Shown here piece after piece: positions 60,352 to 64,000 of a stretch of 64,000 bases of DNA. The position numbers were made by a program, and so were the translations under genes. The DNA comes from an uncultured delta proteobacterium. Its GTDB lineage: Bacteria; Desulfobacterota; Desulfobacteria; Desulfobacterales; SG8-13. Each line of letters begins with the position of its first letter. The stretch's first letter is position 1. The DNA is taken from NCBI GenBank assembly GCA_963792945.1, contig CAWBYM010000004.1, positions 397,800-461,799 of the forward strand, given 5' to 3'. Under the pieces are notes generated by a model, which saw nothing but the letters and a program-made list of their open reading frames with translations, did not search any database and was not told the DNA's origin.

Positions 60352-61864
60352 TTTGATGACCCTTGTTGGGCGATACCACCGGCAGCGTTATGGTGAAGGT
60401 CGATCCTTTGCCCACTTCACTTTCAACCGTGATGTTCCCCCCGTGGTTCTTGATAATTCCGTAGCTGACCGACAGGCCGAGTCCCGTTCCTTCACCGGTC
60501 GGCTTGGTTGTGAAAAACGGATCGAAAATACGGCTGAGATTCTTTTTCTCGATTCCGTGCCCCGAATCGGAAATTCGGATAATCACCTGGCGGTTGACAG
60601 GCCGGTATTGCGTGGATAGCGAGAGACGGCCGCTGGTGTCCACGGCGTACCGGGCGTTCATGATCAAGTTCATGAACACCTGCTTGATCTTCTTTTCATC
60701 CAGAAGCATGCGGGGCACGGCTGGGTCGTAATTCTTCCTGATGTTGACCTGATCGAGTCCGGCATGCTGGTGAACGAATTTGAGCACGTCATCCAAAGCC
60801 TCATCGATCCGGATCTGATTTTCTTTGGGTGACGAGGTCCGGGCAAAATTCAGCAGATCTTCCACGATCGTTTTGCAGTTGCGCACATGTTTCTCGATGG
60901 TCTTGAGGTCTTGGTATTTCTCGGATGATGAATTTTCGTGCCGGATTAAAAGTTGGGTGTAGCCGAGAATGATGCCCAGTGGATTGTTGATCTCGTGGGC
61001 GATGCCGGCGGACAACTGGCCTATGGATGCCAGCTTGTCCGCCTGGGCGATTTGCTCCTCGGCCAGCCGCCGTTGTTCGATATCCTTGACCAGAAGGTGA
61101 ATGGTGTCATCATTTTCAGTCGCTCCACGATCGAGGCTGCCGGTCAAGAGGGTCGGTATGTGTCTGCCGTCGATGCGCCGCAGATCGATTTCGGCATTGG
61201 CGATGAATCCGTCCACATCGATCTTCTCTACGATTGGCTGCCAGTCGGATGGGTCGATGAGGAAATCCTGGACTTTTATGGGGCTGCCGTCGGAACTGGC
61301 TTCGTCGAAGCAAAGCATGTCATGACCGGAAGGATTGATGTCGACGATGCGGCCGTTTTTTTCTGCGACCAGAATCATGTCCCGGGAGACCTCGAAAATT
61401 CGGCGATACTTGTGTTCGGACAAGGCTAGTTCTGCTGTTCTTTCATTGACGAGGTTTTCGAGATTTTGGTTCAGATACAGCAGTTTGTCACGTGCGGCCT
61501 GCAGGTCCTGTCGGTCGCTGTTGATCTGCTGATAGATGCTCCAGGTGCGTTCGAAAAACAGGGTGAAGGAAGCCACGACGACGAAGGTGAAGGTGTTTAC
61601 CGCGCTGCTGTAAGGCCGGATGGCGGACCAGACGCTATCTTTTCCACCGATGATCAGTATTTGCTTCAGTATATGGCCTGCCGATCGTGAAACGGCGAAC
61701 ACCGTCAGGGCCGTACACACCCAAAAAAGATAGGTCCAGACGATGTTGCTGCTGTCACGCTGTTTCAACTGCCCGGCGACATACAGGCACAGAATCGAGA
61801 GAATGATCATGCACAATGAACCGATGACGTCCACGGTCCAGATCGGCAGGGAGGAAACGAGCAT
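60323..61864 (-). CDS. membrane-bound PAS sensor histidine kinase
   Basis: ORF 60323..62446 trimmed to the ATG at 61864 (TGATG overlap with the upstream gene). TM helices, a PAS-like segment, H-box GIAHEINNPL, N box NLIMNARYA, DSGHGI and GTGLGLS. Its stop overlaps the response-regulator start by 29 nt. Confidence 0.85.
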   Translation of the reverse strand: MLVSSLPIWTVDVIGSLCMIILSILCLYVAGQLKQRDSSNIVWTYLFWVCTALTVFAVSRSAGHILKQILIIGGKDSVWSAIRPYSSAVNTFTFVVVASFTLFFERTWSIYQQINSDRQDLQAARDKLLYLNQNLENLVNERTAELALSEHKYRRIFEVSRDMILVAEKNGRIVDINPSGHDMLCFDEASSDGSPIKVQDFLIDPSDWQPIVEKIDVDGFIANAEIDLRRIDGRHIPTLLTGSLDRGATENDDTIHLLVKDIEQRRLAEEQIAQADKLASIGQLSAGIAHEINNPLGIILGYTQLLIRHENSSSEKYQDLKTIEKHVRNCKTIVEDLLNFARTSSPKENQIRIDEALDDVLKFVHQHAGLDQVNIRKNYDPAVPRMLLDEKKIKQVFMNLIMNARYAVDTSGRLSLSTQYRPVNRQVIIRISDSGHGIEKKNLSRIFDPFFTTKPTGEGTGLGLSVSYGIIKNHGGNITVESEVGKGSTFTITLPVVSPNKGHQNAKTDSHRR

Positions 61865-62487
61865 CAGGCGGCCCCTCCTTCCAGACCGGGGCTTTCCCGG
61901 AGGAGTCGCTTCAGGCCGAGGTAGAGAAATAGAAGTGCCGGTACACAAAGCAGATGGTCGAGTTTGGCGACATAGTAGACATAAGCCAACCAGTGAAAAC
62001 CGGGCAATGCCTCGATGTTGATTTGCCAGGCGCTCAGGCGCGTGATGTTCAGCGCGGCCGATTGTTCTTCGATGAAGTGCACCAGGAAAGCGTTGGCGTT
62101 CCAGATGATAAAGAAAAAGGACGCATACTGGATATAGCGCCATCCCGCTGAGCGTATCAGGCCTCTGTGGCGCAGCCAGAATATCAGAAGGCCCATGGAA
62201 AACATGAAGAACACATGGGCCGCTTGATGGGCATAGAGGCCCGCCGGATGACCGTGTCCCTGGGTCGCCAGAGCCGGTTCGGAGAAAACTGTCGTGAGCA
62301 GGCCGGCGACAAGGCCGGCACGGATGAGGCGAGGAAGAACACAAATGTCGAAGACCTTTCGGATCGAACACAGGGCGGACGGCTTGCCGCTCATGGAGTG
62401 GTTGCGCTTGCGGTTGAAATGAGTAAGAAGCCGGGGCGGTGCGCAAACGTGCCCAAAGGTCCGCAGAAAGAAAGAGAAAGATGCCAT
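61864..62487 (-). CDS. hypothetical His-rich integral membrane protein, translationally coupled to the kinase
   Basis: In a different frame from the 707-aa ORF. Hydrophobic helices (AHVFFMFSMGLLIFWL, YASFFFIIWNANAFLVHF, LLCVPALLFLYLGL). The start is uncertain (62487 or 62394). Confidence 0.5.
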   Translation of the reverse strand: MASFSFFLRTFGHVCAPPRLLTHFNRKRNHSMSGKPSALCSIRKVFDICVLPRLIRAGLVAGLLTTVFSEPALATQGHGHPAGLYAHQAAHVFFMFSMGLLIFWLRHRGLIRSAGWRYIQYASFFFIIWNANAFLVHFIEEQSAALNITRLSAWQINIEALPGFHWLAYVYYVAKLDHLLCVPALLFLYLGLKRLLRESPGLEGGAA

Positions 62488-62606
62488 ATGAACTTTTAAC
62501 CCTGAAATTGGTACCGGTCGGTTTAAGAAGGATATCGTTCTCCGGGACCTAAAAGCATTGGGTAGCATAGACGGGACGACGGGGCAAGGTGCTTTGAAGA
62601 TCATCC

Positions 62607-63176
62607 TCAACCGGATTCGCGCTTGCGGTCCTGTGCGGTGAGTTGTCGGTGAACCCCTCGGAAGTAGGGCAGCCAGGGGCGCATATACTTGAAAATAATG
62701 CGGCAGAGGACATAGATGGGGATGAAGGTGAAGATGTAGCCGACCGAGCTGCCGAAAACCAGGGATAGGGGAAAGGCCAGCTCGAACTCAACCTCGGAAA
62801 AGCGGGTCTGCATCCATCCCAAGGCAAAGGGTATCGGCCAGAGGATGCCGGCCGAATAGGCCACCATGGTAAAGAAATGTTTGCCCCAGACATCGGTGGC
62901 CTCCTTGTTCAGGGACTTATAGCTCTCCTTGTCGCCGACCCGGTAGGCCTCCATGGAAAGCCTTTCTTTTTCCTGCATTTCCCGGGACATTGAATCCAGA
63001 TACCGTTTGTTGAAACGGATCGCCAGCGAAACGCTCAATTCCCCGATGATCACACAAATTAACGCCAGAACCATTGTTCCGATAAAATAGTCGGCAAGGC
63101 TATAACCGGTGATTCGGTAGAAGACGATCAGAAAACCGTCCATTTTCAGGACGATTGAATCGAAAAGATCTTGCAT
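62607..63176 (-). CDS. hypothetical integral membrane protein
   Basis: 189 aa with about 4 TM helices and a charged central loop (SREMQEKERLSMEAYRVGDKESYKSLNKEA). No family recognised. Confidence 0.6.
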   Translation of the reverse strand: MQDLFDSIVLKMDGFLIVFYRITGYSLADYFIGTMVLALICVIIGELSVSLAIRFNKRYLDSMSREMQEKERLSMEAYRVGDKESYKSLNKEATDVWGKHFFTMVAYSAGILWPIPFALGWMQTRFSEVEFELAFPLSLVFGSSVGYIFTFIPIYVLCRIIFKYMRPWLPYFRGVHRQLTAQDRKRESG

Positions 63177-63362
63177 GTGATGTATGGGGGGCTACAGGGC
63201 CCGGCTCCGTTGGCGGATGAATTCATCCCTCTTGGGACTGGCTGTTGATCTCACTCACCGCCCTTTAAATATATCGTGCCGGACGCGGAAGTCAACCCGT
63301 TTGCATTCGGGGCCGGGTCCGCTGGCCGGCCTCGAATGCATTCAGGCATCAAGGGGCGTGCA

Positions 63363-64000
63363 TTAGAGCATGGCGATTCCGAAGAAGCCGCGCAGGGTGT
63401 ATCTCAGACCGATGTAAAGGGCCAGAACGATGAATATTCCCTTTAGCACTTTGGCCGGGATGTATTTTCCGGTCCGCGGACCGATCATCGATCCGATAAA
63501 GATGCCGATCAACTCCACTCCGATAAGGGACCAGTGGACCATGACGCCTTTAAGGACCATGAAGTTGAATATGGCGAAGATCATACCGATCAGCACGGAC
63601 AGGGCAGAGGTGCCCGCCACGACAAACATGGGGAGGCCCACCACGCTGGTCAGGAAGGGAACGTACAGGAATCCGCCGCCGATGCCGAGAAACGAGGCCA
63701 GGGCCGAAATAAAGAAGCCGCCGACGAAGGCCCAGACGGGGCTGAAGGTGAACGTCTGGCCGAAAAAGGAAATTTCGGTTTTGGTCAGGCTCCACTTCAA
63801 GGTCTTTACGCCCTGGTCTTCGATCTTGCCCTTGGATTTCATCGTGTCTTCGAAGGCTTTGGCTGCTGCCGCGGCGTTCTTTTTCGAGGCCTGGCCTTTA
63901 GGCGACATTTCGTAGATCATGAAGCCGCCGATAACGAAAACGCACAGGCCGAACCAGCCCTGGTACTGCGAAAATTTGATCTTGCCTGCGGTGGTGAAAA
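63363..64000 (-). CDS. TauE/SafE-family sulfite/anion exporter (N-terminus outside the window)
   Basis: The GIGGGFLYVPFL motif and repeated TM helices. The frame stays open and hydrophobic (WFGLCVFVIGGFMIY) upstream of the listed Met to the window edge, so the gene is partial. Confidence 0.75.
   Translation of the reverse strand, partial: FTTAGKIKFSQYQGWFGLCVFVIGGFMIYEMSPKGQASKKNAAAAAKAFEDTMKSKGKIEDQGVKTLKWSLTKTEISFFGQTFTFSPVWAFVGGFFISALASFLGIGGGFLYVPFLTSVVGLPMFVVAGTSALSVLIGMIFAIFNFMVLKGVMVHWSLIGVELIGIFIGSMIGPRTGKYIPAKVLKGIFIVLALYIGLRYTLRGFFGIAML

Noticed and set aside
60323-62446. 707-aa ORF as one giant histidine kinase
   Set aside because: The first 194 codons are Arg/Pro-rich nonsense. 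They overlap, in another frame, a clearly hydrophobic membrane-protein ORF (61864..62487). The kinase starts at the ATG at 61864.

Overview
GC-rich, densely coding chromosomal segment. The gene content suggests an anaerobic Desulfobacterota/deltaproteobacterium-like organism (inference from sigma-54 NtrC-type regulator, PAS hybrid kinases, Mo-oxidoreductase and a UGA-recoded redox protein). I call about 55 protein genes, mostly housekeeping. They include ssb, tatA, aconitase, a gnd-zwf-tkt pentose-phosphate operon, rpiA, metY, a cystathionine synthase/lyase-type enzyme and tpx. There are two ABC importers (TauABC-like and YnjBCD-like), a MoxR AAA+/VWA pair, two sensor kinases, an NtrC-type response regulator, a penicillin/AHL-acylase family protein and MFS, EamA, SLC13 and TauE transporters. 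I recognised no rRNA, tRNA, CRISPR array, transposase or integrase. Many long ORFs in the track are antisense or out-of-frame shadows of real genes, as expected at this GC content, and were discarded. Items worth a second look: (1) a secreted DsbA-like oxidoreductase split by an in-frame TGA exactly at the first Cys of its CXXC motif, a probable selenocysteine (U-V-Y-C). (2) A roughly 170-nt 5' fragment of a group IIC intron directly behind an intrinsic terminator, next to an AT-rich islet with two tandem TGACG-N5-CGTCA palindromes. (3) Three disrupted genes within 10 kb (PD40 lipoprotein, TauB-like ATPase, SUOX-fold protein). (4) A fusion of two transferases that I recall as 'rSAM/selenodomain-associated', preceded by about 780 bp of unexplained sequence. 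(5) Structured non-coding stretches upstream of metY and between the helicase gene and gnd. (6) Several translationally coupled gene sets of unknown function. I did not find a convincing multi-gene novel system such as a defence island. The findings are follow-up candidates, not demonstrations.
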